Part shown: piece after piece, positions 1-9,414 of the stretch
Layout of the letters: every line of letters starts with the position of its first letter
Position numbering within the stretch: position 1 is the stretch's first letter
From: a virus
Taxonomy: Duplodnaviria; Caudoviricetes
IMG/VR virus record: IMGVR_UViG_2857429247_000001
Coordinates: 1-64,000 of that record
Strand: one strand, 5' to 3'
Length of the DNA stretch: 64,000 nucleotides
The notes under the pieces: generated by a model
Told to the model about the DNA's origin: nothing
Databases searched by the model: none
The model's input: the letters and a program-made list of their open reading frames with translations, nothing else
Made by a program: the position numbers and the translations under genes

Positions 1-246
1 GAGATCATGGCGGCGCACTGGACCCTGCCGCTGTGTCGTCGGCGCGCCCGCGAGGCGCGGCGCTGTCACCCGACGCGGGTGCGCGTCGAGGACTTGGCGA
101 CGGGGCGCTCGATCGTGGTCCCGATCCTGGATCGCGGTCCGCACCCGCGCCTGCATCGCATGATCGACCTATCGATCGGCGCTGCCCGCCAGTTGGGGAT
201 CACCCAACGCGGCGTCGTCCGCGCCAGGATGACGGTCCTTCCCTGA
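1..246 (+). CDS. RlpA-like double-psi beta-barrel lytic transglycosylase (probably 5'-truncated by window edge)
   Basis: AAHWTLP...VRVEDLATGRSIVVPILDRGP...RMIDLSIGAARQLG matches the RlpA DPBB signature; precedes endolysin. Confidence 0.75.
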   Translation, partial: EIMAAHWTLPLCRRRAREARRCHPTRVRVEDLATGRSIVVPILDRGPHPRLHRMIDLSIGAARQLGITQRGVVRARMTVLP

Positions 247-319
247 GACCTGCGGCCGATCCGCAGCATGACGCCCTGCCGCGACGGGGCTTCTCCCACG
301 CCACTTAAGGAGATCTCCG

Positions 320-1111
320 ATGGCCACGTCATCCGACGCGGGTGCCTTCGCACGCCTGCGCGCCGCCGGATTCAAGGGCGCCGCGACCCCTCTCGCCGAC
401 ATCGACCTGCCCCGTATCGGCGCGATGGTCGGCGTGGGCGAGGACGAACTCCACGCGATCATCGACGTCGAGTCCTCGGGCTCCGGCTTCGACAGGCTCG
501 GCCGGCCGAAGATGCTCTTCGAACCGCACGTGTTCTGGCGTCATCTCGGGCCTGGCGCGAAACGCGACCGCGCCGCCTCGCTCGGGATCGCCTACGCGAA
601 GTGGAAGCCCGGCAACTATCCGTCGGACAGCTATCCGCGTCTCGCGCAGGCCTGCGACATCGACGTCGAGGCCGCCCTCAAATCGGCGAGCTGGGGGCTG
701 ACCCAGATCCTCGGCGAGAACCATGTGGATCTGGGATACCTCACCGCGGCCGACATGGTCGTGGCCTTCGCCGGCAGCGAGGCGTCCCACCTCGCCGGCA
801 CCGTGGCGCTCATTAAGTCGAAGGGCCTCGCCGGCAAGCTGAAGGCCCACGACTGGGCCGCGGTCGCGCGGGGCTGGAACGGCCCAGGCTACGCCGCCAA
901 CCGCTATGACGACAAGCTCGCAGCCCGGTTCGCGCACTGGAAGGCGATCCCGGACACCCCGTGGACGCCCGACGCGCCGGGGAAGGCGACTTCCACCGCC
1001 GTTCCGGCGCCCGCCAAGCCGGCGGTCGCGCCGGCACCTGCCCCGGCCGTTGCGGCGGTGCCGGGGTTCTGGGCCCGCCTGCACGCCGCGCTTTCCCGAA
1101 AGGCCGCCTGA
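320..1111 (+). CDS. Endolysin, N-acetylmuramidase (DUF3380 family)
   Basis: VESSGSGF, PKMLFEPHVF, SASWGLTQILGENH, WAAVARGWNGPGY motifs; Pro/Ala-rich C-terminal tail. Confidence 0.9.
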   Translation: MATSSDAGAFARLRAAGFKGAATPLADIDLPRIGAMVGVGEDELHAIIDVESSGSGFDRLGRPKMLFEPHVFWRHLGPGAKRDRAASLGIAYAKWKPGNYPSDSYPRLAQACDIDVEAALKSASWGLTQILGENHVDLGYLTAADMVVAFAGSEASHLAGTVALIKSKGLAGKLKAHDWAAVARGWNGPGYAANRYDDKLAARFAHWKAIPDTPWTPDAPGKATSTAVPAPAKPAVAPAPAPAVAAVPGFWARLHAALSRKAA

Positions 1112-1112
1112 C

Positions 1113-1379
1113 ATGGCGTTCGGATCCCGCATCCACGATGCCGTCCACGGGCTCCACGCCCGCATCCGCAGCCGGGTGATGACCTGGGCGATCTACCTGA
1201 CCGCCTTCATCTTCGCGCTGCCGGACATGCTCGACGCCCTCGCCGGTGTCGACGTGACCTCCCTCCTCCCGGCGTGGCTGCCGGGCGAGAAGTTCTCCGC
1301 TGCCCTGGCGCTCGCCCGCATCTTCGTCGGGATCTATGTGCGTCAGCTGCCGCGGCGCCGGGATGAGGAGGCGCGCTGA
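1113..1379 (+). CDS. Small membrane protein, holin candidate
   Basis: ATG 1 nt after endolysin stop; two hydrophobic segments and basic C-terminus. Confidence 0.55.
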   Translation: MAFGSRIHDAVHGLHARIRSRVMTWAIYLTAFIFALPDMLDALAGVDVTSLLPAWLPGEKFSAALALARIFVGIYVRQLPRRRDEEAR

Positions 1380-1795
1380 TGCTCGCGCTTCTCGGCAGTT
1401 TCCTCGTCAAGCTGCTCGGCTCCGGCATCGTTGCGCCGGTCTTGGAGTACTTCAAGCAGAAGTCCGCGGACGGCGTGGTCGCCAACGGGCAGAACGTCGC
1501 CGGCGACGTCACGGTCGCTCAGGCGCAGCTCACCGCCTACGTCGAGGAACGCAAGCTGATCGCGCAGGAGCGCGCCGCGCAGCACCTCTCGCCGTGGACG
1601 GCCTGGATGATCCCGACGGCGTTCGGGCTCTGCATGATCCACTTCGGCGCGATCGTCCTCGACTCGACCTTCCTGTTTCACTGGCAGGTCGCGAAGCTGC
1701 CGCCACCCTACGACCAGATGGAATGGTCGATCGTCATGGCCGTGATCGGCGTCGCCGGCATCGCGCCGACCGTCCGGCGCGTCTTCGGCAAATGA
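1379..1795 (+). CDS. Membrane protein, holin-like (lysis cassette)
   Basis: TGATG coupling; N-terminal hydrophobic segment plus two C-terminal TM segments. Confidence 0.55.
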   Translation: MLALLGSFLVKLLGSGIVAPVLEYFKQKSADGVVANGQNVAGDVTVAQAQLTAYVEERKLIAQERAAQHLSPWTAWMIPTAFGLCMIHFGAIVLDSTFLFHWQVAKLPPPYDQMEWSIVMAVIGVAGIAPTVRRVFGK

Positions 1796-1799
1796 TGCG

Positions 1800-2429
1800 A
1801 TGACCGCCGCCATCGCCGGGGCGCCCGCATTGGTGGTGCCGGCGCCGGCCCCCCTCCCGAACGAAGCCGCCCAGGGCGTAATCCCTCCAGGCGGCGACCC
1901 CAAGGCCGGAGATGCCATGCTCCGGTCGCTCCTGCTGCTTGACCCCGCGATCGCCCGCTGGTCTCGCCAACGAAAGCGCCGCGAGATGCTCAAGCGCCTC
2001 TGGTCCGGTATCGCCAACCACTTCCGCCTCCGCGCAACGGAGTGGTTCGGCTGCGCCGTCCTGCTCCAGCTCGGGAAGACCCTCTACTTCCCGCCTCCGG
2101 CGTTCCCGCATTCCGAGTCGTGGGACGTCATGGCGGCGATGATGTCGGAGGAGTCCTGGGGGCTGATCTTCCTGGCGATCGGCGCGCTTCGCTTGGCGGC
2201 GCTCACGGTCAACGGGACGTTCAAGGGCTTCCGCTTCTCCCCGCACATCCGCTGCGCGACCGCCTTCCTGGCTGCTGGCCTGTGGCTGCAGGTCGTGCTC
2301 TCCATGCTCGAGGCCGCCCCGAACGGGACCGGATATGTCGTCTACCGGCTGATCCTGCTCCTCGAGCTCTACAACGTCTGGCGCAGCGCCGCCGACGCCG
2401 GGCACGTCGCGAAGGGATCCGCGCGATGA
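1800..2429 (+). CDS. Multi-TM hypothetical membrane protein (start may be 1917 or 1986)
   Basis: About 4 hydrophobic segments; in lysis operon. Confidence 0.55.
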   Translation: MTAAIAGAPALVVPAPAPLPNEAAQGVIPPGGDPKAGDAMLRSLLLLDPAIARWSRQRKRREMLKRLWSGIANHFRLRATEWFGCAVLLQLGKTLYFPPPAFPHSESWDVMAAMMSEESWGLIFLAIGALRLAALTVNGTFKGFRFSPHIRCATAFLAAGLWLQVVLSMLEAAPNGTGYVVYRLILLLELYNVWRSAADAGHVAKGSAR

Positions 2430-2758
2430 TCGACCCCGAGGCGGTAATCCCGCTCCTGCCCGAATGGGCGAAGGCAGCCGCCGCCCTGGCTCTGTTCGCG
2501 GTCAGCACCGGGCTGACCGCGCTCGGCGTCTGGCAGGGCAAGCGGAAGCGGGACCGTGAAGAGAAGAAGGACGACGATGATCGAGAGGGGCACGACCTGA
2601 TCGGCCCGGGGCCGGCGAAGGACCTCGTGACCGCCTTCGGCTCGATGGCCGGCTCCCTCTCCCGGATCGTGGAGTTGCTCGAGGAGGCTGCCGAGACCCG
2701 GAAGATGGACGAGCGCATCCGCCTGATGCGCGCCGACGTCCAGTCCGCCCCCCGGTAG
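2426..2758 (+). CDS. Hypothetical protein with one TM and charged C-terminus
   Basis: ATGA overlap with previous gene; MIDPEAVIPLLPEW... Confidence 0.55.
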   Translation: MIDPEAVIPLLPEWAKAAAALALFAVSTGLTALGVWQGKRKRDREEKKDDDDREGHDLIGPGPAKDLVTAFGSMAGSLSRIVELLEEAAETRKMDERIRLMRADVQSAPR

Positions 2759-2879
2759 CGGGGGACCGCCGCGAGCCGGCCTCCGGAGCCCTAGGGCGGC
2801 CGCCCAGCGTTCGGGCGGCCGATCCCACTTCCAGTCCGCGCGACGCGCCCCCAGGCCCGCGCCATAGAGCGAGATCCCC

Positions 2880-4268
2880 ATGCACGTTGCCCGCAAGGCG
2901 GTCGCTGGCCTCGATGAGGCGCGCCGCGAGGTCGAGACCGTCACCCAGTGCATCCGGGAGGGGCGCCCAGGCCGGCCCGTGCCGGGCGACACCGCCAATC
3001 CCGGCGCCGTGCGCGTGGCGGCCGGGCGCCTGGGTGTCGACCGCCGCTCGCTCGCCGACCGGATCGGCACTCCGGATCGGCCCGGCTCGCACTTCCGTCG
3101 CTTCGGCCTCCAGCCCGACTGGGCGGCCGGAGAGAAGATCGCAGCCGAGCGCGGCGAGGCTGGCTTCGAGCCGGTGCTCGCCGGCTTCGCGGTCAAGCGC
3201 ACGACCACGCGCTTCGACAAGGGCGGGGGCGTCTCGGCCCAGTACGTGACCCAGACCAAAGCACCGGGCCCGAAGGGCGAGATCCCGGCGGGTCACGTCG
3301 TGAAGGGTGTCAGCCAGCTGCGGGACGCGGAGGGCCGCGTCGCATTCGAGTGGGTGAAAACTCGTGAGGGCCGCGACCCGCTCGATCTCATTGAGACGAT
3401 CAAGTCCGCGTTCGAGGGCTACGAAACCCAGCACGAGCCGATCGCGGCGCCGGCTGCGGCCTCGGCCGACCTGCTCACCCTGCTCCCGCTCGCCGACTGG
3501 CATATTGGAGCCCATTCCTGGGGCCGGGAGACCGGGAACGACTGGGATCTGCGCATCGCGGAGGAAGTCATCGGCCGGGCCGTGGAGAACGTCATCGAGC
3601 GCTCCCCGGCTTCCGGGTTCGGCGTCGTGCTAGGCGGCGGTGACCTGATGCACGCCGACAACCAGGATAACCGGACGGCCAAGAGCGGCAACCAGCTCGA
3701 CGTCGATGGTCGCTACGACAAGGTGTTCGAGGTCGCCGCCCGCATGACAGTTCGAACCGTCGACGCCATGCTTCGACGGCACGACCGCGTTCTCGTCCGC
3801 ATCCTCAAGGGAAACCACGACCACCACTGCTCGGTCGCCATCGCCCACCACCTGAAGGCCTGGTACCGGAACGAGCCCCGCGTCGAAGTCGACATCGACC
3901 CTGGCATGTTCTGGTATCACCGCTTCGGCAAGGTCATGCTGGCCGCGACCCACGGTCACGAGACCAAGCTCCAAGATCTGCCGGGCGTCATGGCGGCGCG
4001 GCGCGCGGAGGATTGGGGCCTCACCCGATACCGCTACGCACACGGCTTCCACATCCATCATAAGAAGCTGCTCGGGTTCGAGGCCGGGTCGGTCGTGGCG
4101 GAGAGTCATCAAGCGCCGGTTGCCCAAGACGCATGGCATCACGGGGCGGGCTTCCTGTCCGGCCGCTCCCTGCAGACCATCACCTACCATCGCTCGTTCG
4201 GTGAGGTCTCTCGCGCTCGCGAGGCCATCCTGGACGGCGAGGTGTCTCAGGGAGGGCTGGCCGCGTGA
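2880..4268 (+). CDS. Calcineurin-like metallophosphoesterase
   Basis: DWH, GGGDLMH, KGNHD, THGH, HIHH metal-binding motifs in canonical order. Confidence 0.8.
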   Translation: MHVARKAVAGLDEARREVETVTQCIREGRPGRPVPGDTANPGAVRVAAGRLGVDRRSLADRIGTPDRPGSHFRRFGLQPDWAAGEKIAAERGEAGFEPVLAGFAVKRTTTRFDKGGGVSAQYVTQTKAPGPKGEIPAGHVVKGVSQLRDAEGRVAFEWVKTREGRDPLDLIETIKSAFEGYETQHEPIAAPAAASADLLTLLPLADWHIGAHSWGRETGNDWDLRIAEEVIGRAVENVIERSPASGFGVVLGGGDLMHADNQDNRTAKSGNQLDVDGRYDKVFEVAARMTVRTVDAMLRRHDRVLVRILKGNHDHHCSVAIAHHLKAWYRNEPRVEVDIDPGMFWYHRFGKVMLAATHGHETKLQDLPGVMAARRAEDWGLTRYRYAHGFHIHHKKLLGFEAGSVVAESHQAPVAQDAWHHGAGFLSGRSLQTITYHRSFGEVSRAREAILDGEVSQGGLAA

Positions 4269-4660
4269 GCGTGAAGGTCGATAACCCGAAGCGGGCGCAC
4301 GGGCTGAAAAAGCTCCCTATGGAGCTGATCCCGATCACCGCCCTCGTCCAGGAGGCAGCCGTCTATGGCCTCGGCGCCGATTGCCCGGCCAAGGCCTACG
4401 GACGCTATAACTGGCGGGCCACGCCGATCGACTCGGACACCTATAACGGGGCGATCGGCCGCCACCTGACGCTCTGGCTCGCCGGCGAGGACATCGATCC
4501 GGAGAGCGGGGTCAGCCACCTCGCCCACATCCGGGCCTGCTGCGGGATCCTGATCGACGCGATCGACGCAGGGACTTTCATCGATACTCGACGGAAGTCT
4601 CCCGAGACCGTCCGGATCCTGCGCGGGTACGACGCTGCGTCGGTTCCCGTCGTGAATTAG
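4265..4660 (+). CDS. dATP/dGTP diphosphohydrolase-domain protein (DUF5664-like)
   Basis: K.PMELIP, KAYGRYNWR, AIGRHL..W..GED.DPESG.SHLAH motifs. Confidence 0.8.
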   Translation: MSVKVDNPKRAHGLKKLPMELIPITALVQEAAVYGLGADCPAKAYGRYNWRATPIDSDTYNGAIGRHLTLWLAGEDIDPESGVSHLAHIRACCGILIDAIDAGTFIDTRRKSPETVRILRGYDAASVPVVN

Positions 4661-4991
4661 CCCCTCGCTTGATCGGTTTTGCCGCGACGGCCACCACGTT
4701 CTCCGTCGCGTCCTGGGGGATGAGCCTGACCTCCAGACGCGCACCGGTTGCGGCCGCGAACTTCTCGAGGGAGACGGTCGAGGGGCGCTCCCCGCCCCTC
4801 TCCCATCGAGACACCCTGGCTTGGGACGTGCCCATGACCCTGGCCACGTCGCCCTGTGAGAGCCCGGACCGGGCGCGCGCCTCCGCCATCGCGAAAGCGA
4901 TCTCCATGGCCGGGCCGGACTCCTCATAGGCCTTTGCGTATTCGGGGTTCTCCATGCGTCGGGCGTGAACCGCGCTTGCGCGAATGGTCAT
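4578..4991 (-). CDS. XRE/HigA-like antitoxin
   Basis: ARARSGLSQGDVARVMGTSQARVSRWERG HTH; downstream of RelE-like toxin. Confidence 0.8.
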   Translation of the reverse strand: MTIRASAVHARRMENPEYAKAYEESGPAMEIAFAMAEARARSGLSQGDVARVMGTSQARVSRWERGGERPSTVSLEKFAAATGARLEVRLIPQDATENVVAVAAKPIKRGANSRREPTQRRTRAGSGRSRETSVEYR

Positions 4992-5022
4992 TTGTAATCA
5001 CCTAGAACAGAGAACGGGATAA

Positions 5023-5394
5023 TCACTTGAGAGTTTTCGAACGCTCCTCGGCCAGTTCGATCCAGCTGTTGGGCGTCTTCTGACGTTTCTTGATCCTGCA
5101 CAGAACGATGACGACACGCTTGCCCGTGACCGTGACGTAGAAGGCCCGCCCCTCGACGCCTTCTGCGTCGGGGCGCAACTCCCAGATCTTGCCGCGGATG
5201 TGCTTGGCGTGCTCCGCCGTCAGGCTCGGCAGCCCCTGCGACTCGATCCGTTCGATGATCCGCTGCAGGTTGGCCTGCAGCTTGACCGGCCACTCCTCCG
5301 ACTCGGCGAGCACGTCCTCACTCAGATATTCCACGGTCCAGCTGGCCGGCTCCGCGGCCGGCGCCTCCGCCTCCTTCTTGCCCCTGCTCGCCAT
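5023..5394 (-). CDS. RelE/HigB-like (Gp49-type) toxin
   Basis: KHIRGKIWELR...RAFY...KKRQKTP..IELAEER; toxin-first order. Confidence 0.8.
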   Translation of the reverse strand: MASRGKKEAEAPAAEPASWTVEYLSEDVLAESEEWPVKLQANLQRIIERIESQGLPSLTAEHAKHIRGKIWELRPDAEGVEGRAFYVTVTGKRVVIVLCRIKKRQKTPNSWIELAEERSKTLK

Positions 5395-5566
5395 CTTCGC
5401 GTCCCATATTATGCCGTTTTCGATATAGCGCAAGACGCGGGGAGAGGCACTGTGGTTCGATACCCAGGAACCGCGCGCGTCGCCGCACGTTCAGCGGGCT
5501 CAAAACCGGCGAGTCCTGCGGGGCTTGGCGCCGGGTTGCGGACCCTCTCGGATGAGAAATCGGGCC

Positions 5567-5598
5567 CGACGCGTTCACGCGTTCACGCCTGCACTCGT
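5567..5598. repeat. 8-bp-period array (putative RHH/centromere site)
   Basis: cgacgcgt tcacgcgt tcacgcct gcactcgt. Confidence 0.6.
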
Positions 5599-5610
5599 GG
5601 TCGCTTCAAC

Positions 5611-5651
5611 ACCGCCCCGTCAGCCCGCTGTGGGCTGGCGGGGCGGTTTTT
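5611..5651 (+). terminator. Rho-independent terminator
   Basis: ACCGCCCCGTCAGCCC-gctgt-GGGCTGGCGGGGCGGT followed by a T run. Confidence 0.8.
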
Positions 5652-5955
5652 GCGTTTCGGTCCTGCGTCGCGGCCATTCCAGCGTCGGTAACGCATACCC
5701 TTGTGACAAGGCCGCCTTGGGGCGACCCACTCACCGTCGGCTCAGGCTTGACGCAAAGTACCGATTGACACAGACAGCGACTTCGCCGTCTGAAAACGAC
5801 CAGATCGGCGGTCTGACTGCCAGATAACGCGATCTTGATGGCCTCTTGATAAATTAACGTTGAATTAGCTCGCGCATAGATCAACAAAATAGCGCGCCAG
5901 ATGAATTTGACGCCGTTACCATAGGGCAGAGTATCCGCAATCCACGGACGCGTTC

Positions 5956-6609
5956 ATGAAAATTGCATACTACTTCGAGCCGATCGAAGGCATGTCGGGG
6001 CATGACGATATCCCGTCCTTGATCGAGGCCCACACGCGTTCATTCCAGAGACATGGTTGGGAAGTCGTCGCTCTGGATGAGAGCGTATCTCGACAGCACC
6101 CGTTATTCTCGGAATTCGACGACGCAAATTCCGTTTTTGCTCAATCACGCAATGGATGGCCATACACCAGAGCCTGCTACATGCGATGGCTGGCCTATGC
6201 TTCGGCCGGCCATTATTTCGCGGACTTCGACATCATGAACTATGGCTTCGTTGCGGAGGACGCGGAGGCGCTGCGCGCGGAAGCCGGTGGTCCGAAGCTT
6301 CTGTCCGGCGCGGGAGCGGCGGGCTTGTTCAAGGGTGATGAGTACGACTCCATCCTCGACGCGTTCCTATCCTACAAGAAGAACCCTTTCATTGAAGGCG
6401 CGCTCAAGGAAGACGTCAATGACATGACGATCCTCATACAGTGCCGCCCAGATATATTTTCGTCTATATGGAATGACGATGTGCGGATTGCCAGGGATTA
6501 TAGTTGCCCAGGCTGGGACGTCGCCAAGCTGGTGCATTATCCATTCCACTACGTGAAGCCGCCTCGGATCAAGACAGTCATGGAGGATCGCCGTCTCGGC
6601 GACCTCTAG
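5956..6609 (+). CDS. Moron-like gene, possible glycosyltransferase
   Basis: Lower GC, AT-rich upstream region, FADFDI (DxD) motif and NDMTI. Confidence 0.5.
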   Translation: MKIAYYFEPIEGMSGHDDIPSLIEAHTRSFQRHGWEVVALDESVSRQHPLFSEFDDANSVFAQSRNGWPYTRACYMRWLAYASAGHYFADFDIMNYGFVAEDAEALRAEAGGPKLLSGAGAAGLFKGDEYDSILDAFLSYKKNPFIEGALKEDVNDMTILIQCRPDIFSSIWNDDVRIARDYSCPGWDVAKLVHYPFHYVKPPRIKTVMEDRRLGDL

Positions 6610-6701
6610 CGCCGGTCTTCCAGCGCGGCCACGCCGCGCAGATACCGCTTCTGGACTCGAGCGGGTGCCGGGGCGACCTGCTCGTTACGCATGCGAGCGC
6701 T

Positions 6702-7166
6702 CTAGGCGCGGCGGTGGCGCCGTCGTCCGGCGATCGGATCGGCGCGGTATCGCCGGTCCCGGTTGTGGAATTGGGTGACGGCCACCGCCGCCTCGGCGCC
6801 GATCGGCCGACGCACCGCATCAGAGACCGTGAGCACGATCTCCTCGAGCAGCGCGCGTGCCTCGGCCCCGAAGTGGAGCGACAGGAACTGGCCGAAGGTC
6901 TCGCGGTGCGGCTCGGCCGAGAGTTCGCACAGAGCGGCCATAGCCGCATCGATGCGGGACGCGGGCGGCTCGAGCATCAACTCGAGCGCGACCTGCACCG
7001 GCCCGCTCGGGTCGGTCTTGCCGCTCTCATAGTCGAGAATGGTCTTGTCAGCGCTCGAACCGCGCAGGCGCAGGACGCGCGCGAGCTCGGCCGCCGTCAG
7101 GTGGCGGCCGAGGCCCCACAGCTCGCCCAACTCGGTTCGGGCTCGTCTCACATCGTGCGGCTTCAC
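6702..7166 (-). CDS. XRE-like HTH protein
   Basis: LTAAELARVL...TILDYESGKTDPSGP. Confidence 0.6.
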   Translation of the reverse strand: MKPHDVRRARTELGELWGLGRHLTAAELARVLRLRGSSADKTILDYESGKTDPSGPVQVALELMLEPPASRIDAAMAALCELSAEPHRETFGQFLSLHFGAEARALLEEIVLTVSDAVRRPIGAEAAVAVTQFHNRDRRYRADPIAGRRRHRRA

Positions 7167-7193
7167 GCGCGTCTCCCCTGCGGCGTTGTCGGC

Positions 7194-8162
7194 TCAGACC
7201 ACCGGGTCGGCCCAGGTTCGGCCCCACGCTCGGCGCGGCTCGATCTGATCGAGGATCAGGTTGCACCCGTGCTGGATCGCCTCGATCTGCCAGATCGTGC
7301 GACCGCTGTAGCGATAGGCGCCGTAGTAATCGTCGAAGCCGAGTTCACGGCACAACTCGGCGACGTCGTTCTCGTGCATGTCGCTGTCGAGGTGATCCGC
7401 GAGCGCCTTGGCGACCGCGCGGCGGCCCGCCGGCGTTAGCATCTGGTTCGGGTCCTCGAAGTCGAGATCGTGCTCAAGGACGATCATCAGGCGCATCCAG
7501 CCGTGCCAGCCGTCCGGGATCTGCCAGCGGCGCAGTTGCCGGTCCATGTGGCTGGTGTGGAGCCTGTCGACGGCGCTTCCCCAGTCGGACCGGTCCGCGA
7601 CCGGTGCGAAGCGCGCCCGCGGCTCGGCCTCCGGCCAGTAATCGGCGAGGCGCGGCCGCCTCTCCTCGGACCTGTAGGGCGCGCGGTCCCAGTCCGCGAG
7701 ATCCTGCTCCCACTCGGCCGTAGCGGCTTGGATCAGGCGCTTGTGCCGCCGCGCCTCCTGCAGCTCCTCGACCCGCGCGTAGGCCGCGTCGTCTGCGGTC
7801 ATGCGCAGGATGTCCTCGACCGTCTCCTTCCGGTCGAGTTTCTTGACGGTCGCCTTGTCGGACTTCTCCATCAGGTACTGATAGTCGGCCCGCGCGGCCC
7901 AACGGATGCCGCCCTCGAAGGAGGCGAGCGCCGAATAGTGGGTCAGGGTCAGGTCGCCGATATCGCCGACCAGGCTGAGATGGCCCGGGCTCCACGTGAG
8001 GCGGAACCAGTGGTTGGAGTCGCCGTTCTCGCGCCGGAAGGTGAAGGCTTGGACCTCGGCCGGCTGGATCGTGTGCGTCTTGAACTCGCGGCGTGCCCAG
8101 GTGCGCTCCCTGGGCTCCTGCCGCGCCCGACGGCGCACCTGCGCGTTGGTGATGATGCCCAT
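7194..8162 (-). CDS. Hypothetical phage protein
   Basis: 322-aa ORF with RBS (GGAG); WFRLTWSPGHLSLVGDIG segment. Confidence 0.65.
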   Translation of the reverse strand: MGIITNAQVRRRARQEPRERTWARREFKTHTIQPAEVQAFTFRRENGDSNHWFRLTWSPGHLSLVGDIGDLTLTHYSALASFEGGIRWAARADYQYLMEKSDKATVKKLDRKETVEDILRMTADDAAYARVEELQEARRHKRLIQAATAEWEQDLADWDRAPYRSEERRPRLADYWPEAEPRARFAPVADRSDWGSAVDRLHTSHMDRQLRRWQIPDGWHGWMRLMIVLEHDLDFEDPNQMLTPAGRRAVAKALADHLDSDMHENDVAELCRELGFDDYYGAYRYSGRTIWQIEAIQHGCNLILDQIEPRRAWGRTWADPVV

Positions 8163-8259
8163 GCCTTGTCTCCCGTGGAGTGGGGCGATGCCCCTGCACG
8201 AGAGATCTAGCGGCCCTCGGGATCGACGGCCACAGCTGAGGACCGCCGTCCCCGAAGAA

Positions 8260-8288
8260 TTCACGCGTTCACGCGTGTGAGCGTGAAG
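8260..8288. repeat. 8-bp-period array just downstream of the par operon (parS candidate)
   Basis: ttcacgcg ttcacgcg tgtgagcg tgaag. Confidence 0.65.
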
Positions 8289-8303
8289 CACGGCGGCCGC
8301 GCC

Positions 8304-8615
8304 TCAGTCGGCGATGGTCGGACGGCCCTTGCGGGCGAATTCCTGGTTCAGCATCTCCACGAACGCCTCGCGGATCGAGATGCCGCGCTCCATCGCCATC
8401 GCCTTGAACTGGCGGGCGGCCGCGTCGTTCACCCAGGCGCCGAGATGGGTGGTGCCGACGCGGTACGCCGGCACCTCGGCCGCCGTGTTCCCACGGCGGG
8501 ACCGGCGCGCGCGGGGCGTCTCGCCGGCGGCGGCGACCGCGCGCTCGATCACCGCGATCTCCGGCTCGTCGGCCGGCGCTTGGAATGCGGGGGCTCTCTT
8601 CGACGGGCGGGCCAT
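8304..8615 (-). CDS. Ribbon-helix-helix partition partner (ParG-like)
   Basis: Coupled to parA; disordered N-terminus plus THLGAWVNDAAARQFKAMAMERGISIREAFVEMLN. Confidence 0.75.
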   Translation of the reverse strand: MARPSKRAPAFQAPADEPEIAVIERAVAAAGETPRARRSRRGNTAAEVPAYRVGTTHLGAWVNDAAARQFKAMAMERGISIREAFVEMLNQEFARKGRPTIAD

Positions 8616-9265
8616 CAGCGGGCATCCTTCTGGGGGAGGGAGAGTTCGGTGGCGATCCAGTCGAACAGGGCCAGCGCCTCGAGCGCCGCCTTGCCACCGG
8701 GATTGTACTCGGTCGCAGTCAACCCGAGGCTCAGGGGCCGGGCAAAGTCGGACCGGAGGTGGAACAGGGTCGGCGCCAGTTCGAGCCCATAGGCGGCGAC
8801 GCCCGCCCGGCCCTCCTCGATCGTGCCGGGGCTGTTGGCCGGCGCTTGGTTCAGCATGATGAAGGTGCGGTTCACCCGCTCGGCGAGCCGCACGATGCGC
8901 TTGACCACGCCGAGCGTCTCGAGGTCGGCCTGGGTCGGCCGGATCGGCGCCAGCACGAGATCGGCCTGATCGCAGGCGGCCAGCGCCACCGTCTCGGCCT
9001 TGCCGGGCGTGTCGATGATCACGAGCCCGATGCCGTTGGCGCGCGCGTTCCGGATCAGCACGGGCAGCGCGTCCGCGTCGGTCTCGCGCGTGACCTGGGG
9101 CGAATCGGTCTCCCGGCGCTCGAACCAGTGAAAGCTCGTCGCCTGCGGGTCCGTGTCGATGATCGCGGTCGGAATCCCGGCCGACTGTGCACAAGTCGCG
9201 ACGTGGAGACCGACCGTGGACTTGCCTGGGCCGCCCTTCTGGCCGACCACCGACAGGACTTTCAT
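8615..9265 (-). CDS. parA: ParA family ATPase (type Ib)
   Basis: Deviant Walker A KGGPGKST, IDTDPQ, IIDTPG; about 216 aa without N-terminal HTH. Confidence 0.9.
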   Translation of the reverse strand: MKVLSVVGQKGGPGKSTVGLHVATCAQSAGIPTAIIDTDPQATSFHWFERRETDSPQVTRETDADALPVLIRNARANGIGLVIIDTPGKAETVALAACDQADLVLAPIRPTQADLETLGVVKRIVRLAERVNRTFIMLNQAPANSPGTIEEGRAGVAAYGLELAPTLFHLRSDFARPLSLGLTATEYNPGGKAALEALALFDWIATELSLPQKDAR

Positions 9266-9370
9266 GACTGCCTCCAACCCCGGAAGCTATCCCGCGTCGC
9301 AAATTGTCGTGTCGTCAAGCGGAGTTAAGCCGACCAATCGGATGCTATGCCCCTGGCGAAGGACGTAGAT

Positions 9371-9414
9371 CCAAGCGTGCAAGCGTGAACTCGTGCAGAC
9401 ATGAACCCGTGAAA
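9371..9414. repeat. 8-bp-period array upstream of parA (operator/centromere candidate)
   Basis: ccaagcgt gcaagcgt gaactcgt gcagacat gaacccgt gaaa. Confidence 0.65.

Noticed and set aside
4265-4660. Z-genome (2-aminoadenine) pathway suggested by dATP/dGTP hydrolase plus HD protein
   Set aside because: No purZ or DNA polymerase in the window, and the genes are 50 kb apart
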